A stretch of 64,000 nucleotides of DNA from Eledone cirrhosa (taxonomy: Eukaryota), in contig OZ024741.1 of the NCBI GenBank assembly GCA_964016885.1, positions 82,584,001 to 82,648,000 on the forward strand, read 5' to 3'. Each line of letters opens with the position of its first letter. Within the stretch, counting starts at the first letter, position 1. The position numbers and the translations under genes are program-made. The notes below the pieces were generated by a model. It ran no database searches and was not told where the DNA came from. It saw only the letters and a list, made by a program, of their open reading frames with translations. Below, piece after piece: positions 14,415-26,212 of this stretch.

Positions 14415-15562
14415 TAAATTATCTCCATAGAATCATTTGATAAAAAATATACACTATTTCATCTCCCAATTAGCATAATTTACCACATAAAAAATCAATT
14501 AGACCAGGCTATAAGAATAAAGGCTCCTATGAAGAAATAGTTTATGAATAAACGAAAGCGGCCTCTTCGGGGCTGACTGCAATATAATATTTACCCAACA
14601 TTTCAACAGCATGTAGAAATTCACCAAATATACTGTCAAACATGCTCAATTAGGTATACATTTAAAGTTAGAAGAAATGCGTACATTCTTACCGTGATTA
14701 CGTCCCTACCATGGTTTCATTCGTATTTTGAGATATCCTATTAAGGATAAATTTCGAGTATCGAACTGATCAGGAGACAAACTCAATAGGACAGTTAATT
14801 TTCCAAAGCGATCCCCGCCAGAAATAGATTTTAAAAAATGGCTAAAAATCGTGACGTAGCAGTGGTCAAGTTAGAAAGAATGTGATTAGTTGCTTACGGC
14901 GAGTAGGCTGGTTGCCTTAAAGTGCAGCCTAATATCTCCCAAATTGCATCTCAACCGAATGGGAGATTATTAAATATAAAGATTTACTTATACACAAAGT
15001 CACAGATATATATGTGGCAACCGTTCACGATCTGGCTCAATGAAGAATTAATAAATTAAATCATCAGAGCAATATATCATAAATTATGTCCATAGAATCA
15101 TTTGATAAAATATATACACTATTTCCTCTCCCAATTAGCATAATTAACCACATAAAAAATCAATTAGACCAGGCTATAAGAATAAAGGCTCCTATGAAGA
15201 AATATTTGATAAATAAATGAAAGCGGCCTCTTCGCCGCTGACCGCAATAGAATATTTACCCAACATTTCAACAGCATGTAGAAATTGACTAAATATACCG
15301 TCAACCATACTCAATTAGGTATAACTTTAAAGAGAGAAGTAGAAGAAATGCGTACATTCTTACCGTGATTACCTCCCTACCATGGTTTCGTTCGTATTTT
15401 GAGATATCCTATTAAGGATAAATCAGGAGTATCGAACTCATCACGAGACACATTCAATAGGACAGTTAATTTTCGATAGATTCAAAAAATGACTAAAAAT
15501 TGTGACGTGGCAGTGGTCAAGTTAGAAAGAATGTGATTAGTTGCTTACGGCAAGTAGGCTGG

Positions 15563-15564
<2 letters not shown>
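14411..15564 (-). repeat. Tandem direct repeat (~660-670-bp unit, ~1.7 copies) with one hammerhead per unit
   Basis: 14411-14913 is repeated at 15074-15564. HHRs lie at 14702-14778 and 15373-15449. Confidence 0.85.
14702..14778 (-). ncRNA. Type-I hammerhead (second copy 15373-15449)
   Basis: gtctc-CTGATCA-gttcg...cgaat-GAAA-ccatgg-TA-gggac. Copy 2 has GTGATGA and gttcg/cgaac. Stem III is the palindrome CCATGG. Confidence 0.7.
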
Positions 15565-15603
<39 letters not shown>

Positions 15604-15619
15604 TTGTTGATATATATAT

Positions 15620-16230
15620 AAATACAAATTGTAGAAAGGAAAAATATTTTTTCAGTAGAAAATTTCGAAGAGATTCTTTCAGTGAAATATCAAAACATTG
15701 ATTTATTTACAATACCGCTTTCAGCATTATATGCATTGTCAATTGCGGGTATGCAGAATAGTGTTAAGTTGCATATTTGTACAAATAGTGATAATAATAA
15801 TAAAAAAGAATCTTGTTAACAACAGAAAATTAATTTTTCTTCCACTTTTTATTATTATTATTATTGCTATTATCAGGGGCGGTGGATTGGCAGTATCGGT
15901 AGAGGGTCGGACTCCATGCTTTCCAACATAGTTACGTCCCTTTACGATCTGAGTTCAAATCCCGCCGAGGTTGACTTAGCCTTACGGGGTCGATAAAATA
16001 AAGTACCAGTAATGCACTGGGTAATTTCTGGCCTTGTGCCTAAAGTAGAAACAATTATTACTATTATCACTATTTGTACAAATATGCAACTTAACAATAT
16101 ACTGCGTATGCAATTGACAATGCATATAATGCTGAAACCGGTATTGTAAATGAATTAATGTTTAGATATTTCTCTGAACGAATCTCTTCAAGATTTTATA
16201 TTGAAAATATCTTTTTCCTTTCTACTATTT

Positions 16231-16235
<5 letters not shown>
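15620..16235. mobile_element. Palindromic element (family F) with outward-pointing HHRs and a SINE in the centre (15878-16058, +)
   Basis: 15620-15800 is the reverse complement of 16060-16235. HHRs lie at 15709-15746 (-) and 16110-16147 (+). (TA)n flanks both sides. Confidence 0.8.
16110..16147 (+). ncRNA. Minimal 38-nt type-I hammerhead, U3-A8 core variant
   Basis: gcaa-TTGACAA-t-gcat(ata)atgc-t-GAAA-ccgg-TA-ttgt. Confidence 0.75.
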
Positions 16236-16294
<59 letters not shown>

Positions 16295-16298
<4 letters not shown>

Positions 16299-18260
16299 AT
16301 AATAATAAATTTGAAGACTAAAATCCAAAGAGGGCTCGATAAGGATAAATATATATCAAATATATAAGAACCGTAGAGCAAATATTTATTAAAATAACAG
16401 ATTAAAGTTTAAGCAAAGAATCGGTGCTTTCACCGTTAACGGGATCTTCTGAAACTAACAAAGTCAATCTGTAAACGCAGACGTGGATATTTCAAAAAAA
16501 CGTTGAAACCGGAGGAAGACACGAAGACGATACTTTGGTTCGTGTAAACGTTCGCTATGCAAATAAGTAATGGTATAAACAAAACATATACTTAGCTCCT
16601 ACATCAAGACGTAAAATATCCACGTATAGATCGTACTATCCATTAGGGTATAACGTGGGGCTGTAATACAGGAAAGTTTTGTGCAATTTATGTTTACAAG
16701 CCAAAATTGCCTCAGATTTTTTGTTTAAGATGTGGCCTGTGGCGTAGAGTATTTCCAGGGCCTCAGCGGCGCAGAGGTCACATGGTCTTTTATTTCCGTT
16801 ATACGATCTAGCCCTAGCTAGGATCCCCTAGTGTAACATATATTGGGTGTGGTTGTCTTTTATACTCCAGATATAAGCTGAAAGTCACGTCTTATTCCTT
16901 TTAGAGGGTAACGAAAAGAATGGGTATGCGTGTAAAGACGCTGCTTGAATCTATTTGCGGTTAACCCTATGTAGGCCCTACGGGACGTGGGTGTTACATT
17001 TGTAGACAATGTTACTAGAGAGGCATTTCCCGGATAGGGGGCAATCAACCCGATTCCTACAATTACAGTTCGTACTAACTACAGGGTTGCACGTGTTCCT
17101 ACGGCTAGGTAGTTTAGCTAAATTTGAAGCTGTGATGTTATGTGTAAGGTTAGGAGTCGTAGAGTAAGAAATTTTAATAGTATTTCTATTAAAAATGTTA
17201 CTATATTTATGTGTAGGGGAAGAATGCTTCGTAATAAGGGAAAGAAAGGTCTTAGCTAATGGTGTGGCCACCTCCATATTATATGGTGGGTTATACCAAC
17301 AAATGCGACGGGATCTATTTCTTCTAGGTCTATTTAGGTACTCTGTATATGCTACCTTATCGACAAATCCACTTCGAGCAAGAGCTTCATTGTAATAAGT
17401 GGAATGGCCGTTGAAAATACGCTCGTTGGTGGAAAGACGGGAAAGCCTCAACGAAACGTTTTACCAGGTTCTTGGTTATGCTGGCAGGATGGTTGGAATG
17501 CTTACATATGTAATTAAGCGTATCATTCGGCTTTCTATAAGGGTAATACAACCCATTCATAAAATTGAGGGTAACGTCGAGGTAATTAACGACCAAGAGA
17601 TTGGCCTCAACCTGTATAGAGTGGTTGAAACCTTTAAAGAAGGCTGTGAGTTCTTTTGTGAACCTGTGGCAAGCACGAGGTCCGCACTTAGTCATGGTCA
17701 AAAGACCATCGTCACGGGAGAAACCACCGCCCGCGTTGGGGAATTCGTCCTTGATAGAGAAAAGAAGGAAAAGGCCGATAAGATCAGTAACCTCCGCAGA
17801 ATAACTGGCTCCCATACTCACGTCGAAAGGGGTACTATTGGATTTTTTAATCCAAATAGAGTCGTTGAAATTAATCACCGACTTTTGGGCATTGAGGATG
17901 ACATCAACTTCGAAATCCTTAACCACTGTGAGTGTTTTAGCGAAATTGATAGCTCTAAGGGGAAGTGGTAAAGTGATGGAGGAGTAGTAATTGTTGATGT
18001 CGAATTGGATAAAACGGCAATGTTCCTTGTTACATATGCCGTTGAACCAATCAATCACCGCGAAAGAATGGGCCAAACTTCTAATTTCAGGTATAATTCT
18101 ATCAAGAATCGTTTTACTAAGTCTACCTAAATCGGACTTCGTAGGGTTAATAAGCCGAATAGAGGGGTTGTTCGGAAAATTGGATTTGTGATCCTTCAGG
18201 GTAAAGTGGGGAGAAATAGTGTCCAGCGATTCTTAGCTTAAACTTTAATCTGTTATTTTA

Positions 18261-18263
<3 letters not shown>
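16295..18263 (-). mobile_element. PLE-2: 5'-truncated, frameshifted RT + GIY-YIG, 3' UTR (family C) and a short inverted 3' piece at 18226-18263
   Basis: ORF fragments FIQFDINNYY, FDVSMGASYSAEVTDLIG, FSRDDGL, YICKHSNHP, WYNPPYN, CNCRNRVDCPL..NIVYKC and AYIGLTANRFKQRLYTH. (TA)n on both sides. Confidence 0.9.
16406..16456 (-). ncRNA. Hammerhead-like motif, family C (CAGAAGA core, U4->A)
   Basis: agttt-CAGAAGA-t-cc..gg-t-GAAA-gca...tgc-TT-aaact. Further copies: 12248-12298(-), ~45922-45972(+), 47756-47806(-), ~47887-47937(+), 60093-60143(-), 60338-60388(+). Confidence 0.6.
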
Positions 18264-18338
<75 letters not shown>

Positions 18339-18341
<3 letters not shown>

Positions 18342-18533
18342 AACAAGTATGGCCCCGACAGCAGAGCTCAAGCCGTTTTGACGGCTATTTCTTGTTCAGA
18401 AATAGCCGTTGAAACGGCTTGAGCTCTGCCATCGGGGTCATACTTGTTCCTATTACCCACTCTACCTACCCTAAGTATTGAGTACTTTGGTGCGTTATGG
18501 TCCATCTGGTTCCTTACCACAATTCCTTCGTTA
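18339..18533 (+). mobile_element. Family A short element: 3' end of the PLE-4 family with a palindromic 5' part centred on HHR stem II
   Basis: Matches 57768-57897. Similar copies at 19673-19810, 26212-26398, 47491-47647, 46366-46496 (-) and a degenerate one at ~10800-10930. Confidence 0.8.
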
Positions 18534-19033
18534 TATATATATATATAACATATAGGCACCCTCATAAAGTTATATACACACTCATATCCTCACAGCTTCG
18601 CTCTTAAAACCACACACATACACACACACACTCTCTCTCCAAAACTTATATATACACACACATCCTCTTTGCTTCGTACGGACAAATAACAAACACACCT
18701 AAACACGCACACGCACGCGTAAGCGCTCTATATACAAATCCTTATTTGCAGTTAGAAGCGTTTGATTCTCCAAGAGCTGGCAACTCTAATGGATCTGATT
18801 ATTTTTATTTTCTTGTCTGCCACTGACCACTATCCTTTATCTTTCAATATCTTCTTTAATTTCACATTCTGTTATTTTTTCATGAAAAAACTAACAATCG
18901 TAATGTTAGGACACTATATCAAGGTGAAACTAATAATATGTTTCTTCATTGTTCTGTGTTGTTTGCTTTGCCATTTCTGCTTGACTTTTGTATATATATA
19001 TCTATATCTCACGTCCCAACTCGGTCTCTTTAT

Positions 19034-19227
<194 letters not shown>

Positions 19228-19867
19228 CTGGGTCTAAAAATATTGGTTGTCAGGAGATGAAGGGCACCCACCTACATATGGAATGATATCATTTAATTTT
19301 TATAATGAATAAATAAGTGTTTCTACTTTTGGCAAAAGGCCAGCAAATACCCAGTGCATTACTGGTACTTTATTTTATCGACCCCGTAAGGATGAAAGGC
19401 AAAGTTAACCTAGGTGGGATATGAATAAATAACATTTTCAAAAAATACGTGATTGGAAACCAAACAGTGCAATCACATTTTTGCGGAAAAATATATTACC
19501 TTCTCCAATAAAAAGTATTATGTATTTTGCGAAATCCAGAGATTTTCAATAATGACCTTTGGTAGTTCACACTCACTCTGTATATACAATATATATATAT
19601 ATATTAGAAGGTAAGGTTTTTTTTTTACAAAATGATAAATAACTGAGGTGTCCTACACCACATATATATATATAGGAACAAGTATGGCCCCGACAACAGA
19701 GCTCAAGCCGTTTCGACGGCTATTTATGGTTCAGAAGTAGCCGTTGAAAAGGCTTGAGCTCTGCCGTCGGGGTCATACATGTTCCTATGACCCACTCTAC
19801 TACCCTACAAGTAACATTCAGAGACCAACCAGATGTGAGAAAAACACAGACCCTCAATCTCAAGTCT

Positions 19868-19905
19868 ACTTTTGAAAAGCAGAAGAACTGCGAAACCGGT
19901 AAAGG
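19868..19905 (+). ncRNA. Minimal hammerhead, family E (U3-A8 variant)
   Basis: actt-TTGAAAA-gcag(aagaa)ctgc-GAAA-ccgg-TA-aagg. Confidence 0.7.
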
Positions 19906-20269
19906 AACCAAATAAATATATATATTTTTTTTAAAAATAAGACTCCAGTTGCATTTTCGATTTCATGTTTTTTTCTCTCTATATATATATATAACCCATT
20001 GGTAACAAAAATGATTCCAGCTATTTGCACTAACATATATTATGGTTTTTATTACTTCCCTGGCTAATTGGTTGACCAAAGGCTTTGCTTAATGTTTCAT
20101 TTGTTTTTAAAAACATTTATTCTTTCTCTAAGACTTCAGGTATTTTTGGAAGGCTAAGCATTGACCCCTAACATATTACCGTGGGCTCCTGCAATGCTAC
20201 CGTGAGCCCCTTGGGGCCAGCCTGGCAACATGGCCATTTCGCCACTGTGTATATATATTTATATAAATA

Positions 20270-20339
<70 letters not shown>

Positions 20340-20419
20340 TATATAAATATATATATATATATAAATATATAATATTCAATTCAAACATTAATAAAATAGA
20401 TGTTCTTCTGATCAATTAC

Positions 20420-20485
20420 ATTTTATTATACCTATTTCAGAGGTACGTGAATCAGGTTCAACAGTACTTCCTCATCAGATAAAAT
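20420..20485 (-). ncRNA. Type-I hammerhead, canonical core (partner 24798-24863 on +)
   Basis: attttat-CTGATGA-ggaagtac...gtacctct-GAAA-taggta-TA-ataaaat; stem I is 7 bp. Confidence 0.75.
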
Positions 20486-21176
20486 AAAATGATACATGAC
20501 ATACCCTGGGATGTTAAATGGTTAAGATTTAATCAAGGTGGTGATTAACGTATGAGAACACTCAACATTTATACCCTAATAATGAGAACATGGGAAAACG
20601 TAATAGAATCAATAGAGAAGGTGTGAGTAAGAAAAACATTGCTTTGATGTAACAGTTATAGAGTTTTAAAATCTGGGATACTACAATTAGGATTATAGAG
20701 GAAGACGTCTCTGGAGTTATAATTTTTTGGCTTGAGAAAGCAACTGATAGATAATTAAATAGAGGGTGAGATAAAGGGGTGTAAATTATGCAGAAATGTT
20801 CATCGGACACATATAGACTTAGCGGTTAAATTTCAAAATATTTAATTTATGTTAATTTAGGGTGAAAAATCAAAATTTAAGGTTTTAAAAGTTGATGATT
20901 ATTTGTATTAATTTTATAAATTTTATAAATTTTATAAATGCATTACATTTCTAAAATTCCAAGTTTTATGAAAACAAATTTAATGTATTTAAAGTATGTA
21001 TAATTTATGAAGTACTTACTGTTATAAATAATGAGAAATGTATTGTTAAATAGATATATTGTCTAAAGTATAATAATTAACGCAGCGTTTTCAGCTATAT
21101 ATATATATATATATGTGCGTGTGTGCATTTATCATAATAAGAGGATTATACATTATTATTTATTATATTATTATTA

Positions 21177-21361
21177 GGCGATGGATTGGCAGTATCGGTA
21201 GAGGGTCGGATGCCATGCTTTCCAGCATAGTTACGTCCCTTAACGATCTGAGTTCAAATCCCGCTGAGGTTGACTTTGCCTTTCATCCTTACGGGATCGA
21301 TAAAATAAAGTACCAGTAATGCACTGGGTAATTTCTGGCCTTGTGCCAAAAAGTAGAAACA
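21177..21361 (+). mobile_element. tRNA-derived SINE inserted in the left arm of PLE-3
   Basis: Full SINE consensus, flanked by the direct repeat attatttattatatta, and absent at the matching position of the right arm (~24005-24040). Confidence 0.88.
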
Positions 21362-24058
21362 ATTATTTATTATATTATATTAAATAATTATATTAGTTCT
21401 ACCTTCAACGAACTCTAAATAATGATTATGTTATTGTACAATATACACGTATTTGCACAAACTATATATAGCGTTATACCGAACAATAATTATGAATATG
21501 TTATTATACATTATAAACATAAATGCACAAAGCTATATACAGAGAAGTAACTAACTATAATTATGAATTTTGTTATTATACGACATAAACATATTTCAAA
21601 AACTACATATAGATAGATATACTAAGTATTAATGAGACAGTATACTTTTGGTAAAGGAAAACTATTATACTCTTACAAAATAGATTCATACATGCATAAT
21701 TATAAAATAAAATACATAGATATATATATATATATCACAAAAAAATGTAAATGCGTAAATGATCAACAGTTCAAAATAATGTCCGTAAAAATTTACAGGT
21801 TAGATATTTAAACTATATTTAAAACAGAGATAGAAAAATAAAGATAGAGAAATAAAGGTCTGGATCAAAGTTAATAATATCCAAAAAGCCATATGTTATG
21901 TATATCAACGTGCCAGCATGTTATTAAACAAATGTCATTCATTCAAACGTTATTTCCTTTATAGATATTAAAGTTTTATAAGCCATTAAGATTTATATTT
22001 TCAAGCCATGCTTGGTTGCTTACTGTTTTTCCTGGTCTTATGCGAGGCTTGGAATGTAGACAAGGCGTTATGAAGGCAGTTTAAGAATAATTCACTTTTT
22101 TTGTTAATTAAGTTCTCATAATTATTAATAATCATAATTATTAATAATCATAATTATTAATAATCATAATTATTAATAATCATAATTATTAATAATCAAA
22201 AGGGACGACATTTTATTTACTGTGGTCAAACACAACAATATTGAACTAAATAGAGTAAAGAAAAGTATAATTGAATTCTTTAAAATGTACGACCTTAAGT
22301 TAGAAGTAGAAAATGGTAACAACATAGTTAATTTCCTAGACGTTACATTTAACTTAAACTCTGGCTTTTATTACCCTTTTCATAAGCCCAATGAAAACTT
22401 AAACTATGTTAGTTACTACTCTAATCACCCTAAATCTGTAAAAGAAGCTATAGTAAATAGTGTGCAAAAACGAATTAATAGAATATCAGCCAATAAAGCA
22501 ATATTTGATGTAAATGCAGGATACTACAACGAAGCGCTAAAAAGAGCAGGATACGAGAATAATATAGAATATGTAGATAATAGTAATCCAAGTTTTAATC
22601 CTGATAAAAATAATGATAACGGCATATATAAACGAAATTCTAATTATAATTCAAACACCCAATCGGCGAATCGAGTAAAAGAACTAGAACTAAATCAGTT
22701 ATATGGTTTTCCCCCACTGCTTCAGTAGCAGTTAGAACACCAATTGCAAACCTATTCTTTAAAGCTTTGGACAACTCTTTCCCTAGTCAACATAAATACC
22801 ATTCCATTTTTAATAGACACACTATTAAATTATCTTATTCTACAACTATGAATATGGCCCAAAACATTGTTAAAATAAACAGTAAAATTCTAAAGCAGAA
22901 TCAGCATAATAATAGTTTTAACATAAATAATAATAAATCAAAGTGTAATTGTAGAAATAAACCTGATTGCCCTCTGCAAAATAATTGTTTGGTTACTAAT
23001 TTGGTGTATAAATGCACTGTAAAAACTGATTATAACACATACAACTCATAGGATTCACCTCTTCTACATTTAAGGCTAGATTTGCGAATCATAAATGCTC
23101 ATTTTCGAACTCTAATAGGAAATCATCGACTTCTTTATCACAGCTTATATGGTCATTAAAAGACAAAAAGTGAAAATACTCCATCTTTTGGAAGAAACTT
23201 TGTAATAGTGGAGTTTACCGCAACTCAAGTATATCAAGTATATCAAGTTATTAATAATTATGAGAGCTTAGTTAACAAAAAAGTGAATTATTCTCAAACT
23301 CCCTTCAAAATGCCTTGTCTACATTCCAAGTCTCGCATAAGACCAGGAAAAACCAGTAAGCAACAAAGCCTGGCTTTTAGACGTAAATCATCAACTGTTG
23401 AAAATATGAATCTTAATGGTTTATAAAACTTTATATTGCTTTATCTCCTAACCATCAATAAAGGAAATAACGTTTGAATGAATGACATTTGTTTAATAAC
23501 ATCCTGGCACGTTGATATACATAACATATGGCTTTTTGGATATTATTAACTTTGATCCAGACCTTTATTTCTCTATCTTTATTTTTCTATCTCTGTTTTA
23601 AATATAGTTTTTACGGACCTTATTTTGAACGGTTGATCATTCACGCGTTTACATTTTTTTGTCATATATATATATCTATGTATTTTATTTTATAGTTATA
23701 CATGTATGAACCTATTTTCTAAAAGTATAATCGTTTTCCTTTACTGTCTCATTAATACTTAGTATATCTATCTATATGTAGTTTTTGCAAATATGTTTAT
23801 ATCGTATAATAACATAATTAAATAATTATAGTTAGGTACTTCTCTGTATATAGCTTTGTGCATTTATGTTAATAATGTATAATAACATAATCATAATTAT
23901 TGTTGGTATAACGCTATATATAGTTTGTGCAAATATATGTATAATGTACAATAACATAATCATTATTTAGTGTTCGTTCTTCCCTTGAAGGTAGAACTAA
24001 TATAATTATTTAATATAATATAATAAATAATAATTTATAGTCCTCTTATTATGATAAA

Positions 24059-24114
<56 letters not shown>

Positions 24115-25210
24115 TGAAAACTCTGCGTTAATTATTATACTTTAGACAATATATCTATTTAACAAAAATTTCCTCGATATTTATAACAGTAAGTACTTCA
24201 TAAATTATACATACCGAGAATGTTGACACTGTTACAAGTAATTTTGTTAAAGATTACCTTTATGTGAATATTGAACAGTATATATTCTTCTTTCGCGGGC
24301 TTAGTAAATACTTTAAATTTGTTTTCATAAAACTTCGAATTTTAGAAATGTAACCCATTTATAAAATTTATAACATTTATAAAATTAATACAAATAACCA
24401 TCAACTTTTAAAACCTAAAATTTTGGTTCTTCACCCTAAAATAACATAAATTAAATATTTTGAAATTTAACCGCTAAGTCTATATGTGTCCGATGAACAT
24501 TTCTGCATAATTTACACCCCTTTATCTCACCCTCTATTTAATTATCTCAAGCCAAAAAATTATAACTCCAGAGACGTTTTCCTCTATAATCCTAATTGTA
24601 GTATCCCAGATTTTAAAAACTCTATAACTGTTGCATTAAAGCAATGTTTTTCTTACTCACACCTTCTCTGTTGATTCTATTACGTTTTCCCATGTTCTCA
24701 TTATTAGGGTATAAATGTTATGTTTTCTCATACGTTAATCATCACATTCATTAAATATTAACCATCTAACATCCCAGGGTATTTCATGTATCATTTTATT
24801 TTATCTGATGAGGACGTACTGTTGAACCTGATTCACTTACCTCTGAAATATGTGTAATAATATTTAATTGATCACAAGAACATCTATTTTATTAATATTT
24901 GAATTTAATATTATATTAATAACTGGAAAATATTTTTACAGTAGAGTGCTTCCAATCTACTGTAAAACTCATTATTTGATGTACTCATTGAATCTTGTTT
25001 AACTCTTTAATATATATAAATATATATATATAAATATAAATTAATAAAAATAATGAATAAAGAAAGAAACAGTTCCTTATATTAAAAAATTCATCATTTT
25101 ACGATCGTTTCTAGGATATATATGTTAGTGTTGGTATGCATATCATATAGATCTATGTAAAATTTTTACAAACTATCAGAAGGAATATACATACCTACAC
25201 ATATATATGG

Positions 25211-25636
25211 TGTCTTCAGAAATAATGATATTTGTTTATTGAAAAAAACCAACAAAGATTTAATACAATAGGACTGTTTGGGAACAGGTTTTGAATTGAC
25301 CAATAGAAAGATAGTGAGGGTCAAGATGGTAAAATAGTAGTAATAGAGCCTTAATTTAGGGGTAGAGGAAGGTAGATTTCAGTTTTGAATGGAAAGAATA
25401 TTATGAATGAAAGGTTATTTTAGGGATGAAAATAACTCATATGCTGTCTTCAGAAATAATTATATTTGTTCATTGAATAAAACCAACAAAGATTTAATAT
25501 AATAGGTCTGTTTGCGAACAGGTTTTGAATTGACCAGTAGAAAGGTAATAACTGGCCAAATGGTATAATAGTAGTAATGGAACTTTAATTTAGGGGTAGA
25601 AGAAGGCAGATTTCAGTTTTGAATGGAAGGAGTATG
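25211..25636. repeat. Diverged tandem duplication (~235-bp unit)
   Basis: tgtcttcagaaataat...tttcagttttgaatggaa occurs at 25211-25396 and again at 25445-25628. Confidence 0.8.
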
Positions 25637-25647
25637 ACAGATTTATC

Positions 25648-25716
<69 letters not shown>

Positions 25717-25952
25717 ACCAATAATTTTTGCTGGAGCCACTTTTCTAACATTTTAACATAAACACAGTCTTGGCGCAAAATCAACTTTTTACATTCACAT
25801 GACCTCTACCGACCAATCAAAATTGTTTTGACCACAAGCATTTTTGCAACACAAAAATAACGCTGGAGCCATTTTTTTAACATAAAAACAGGTAGAATTC
25901 CCAAAACTAATCAGATCAGAGCAAACAGCACGGACACTCTATCTCAAAATTA

Positions 25953-25989
25953 TTTTTGAAAAGCATTTAGAAATGCGCAACCGGTAAAA
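25953..25989 (+). ncRNA. Degenerate family-E-like hammerhead with covarying stems
   Basis: ttt-TTGAAAA-gcatt(taga)aatgc-GCAA-ccgg-TA-aaa; GAAA has mutated to GCAA. Confidence 0.5.
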
Positions 25990-26107
25990 ACTTAAAAACT
26001 TAAAACCACAACTGAATACTAACCCATACAATCACTAATACTCTTTTATTCCTAATTAAACCATTTTTCAACTGTGAACAATTTGTCAGCATTTTCTATT
26101 CCGTTTA

Positions 26108-26212
<105 letters not shown>

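Larger units (their letters stand above)
20371..24916 (+). mobile_element. PLE-3: 5'-truncated RT/GIY-YIG remnant (~22200-23330), long 3' UTR to ~24916, and a ~1.7-kb inverted copy of the 3' part at 20371-22131
   Basis: ORFs 22222-22728 (VNFLDVTFNL..YYPFHKPN..SNHP) and 22767-23051 (IFNRHTIKLSYST..CNCRNKPDCPL..LVYKC). 20371-22131 is an imperfect reverse complement of 23249-24916. Confidence 0.88.

Noticed and set aside
25211-25460. CTGAAGA on the minus strand of the tandem duplication
   Set aside because: No properly placed GAAA, stem II or stem III was found.
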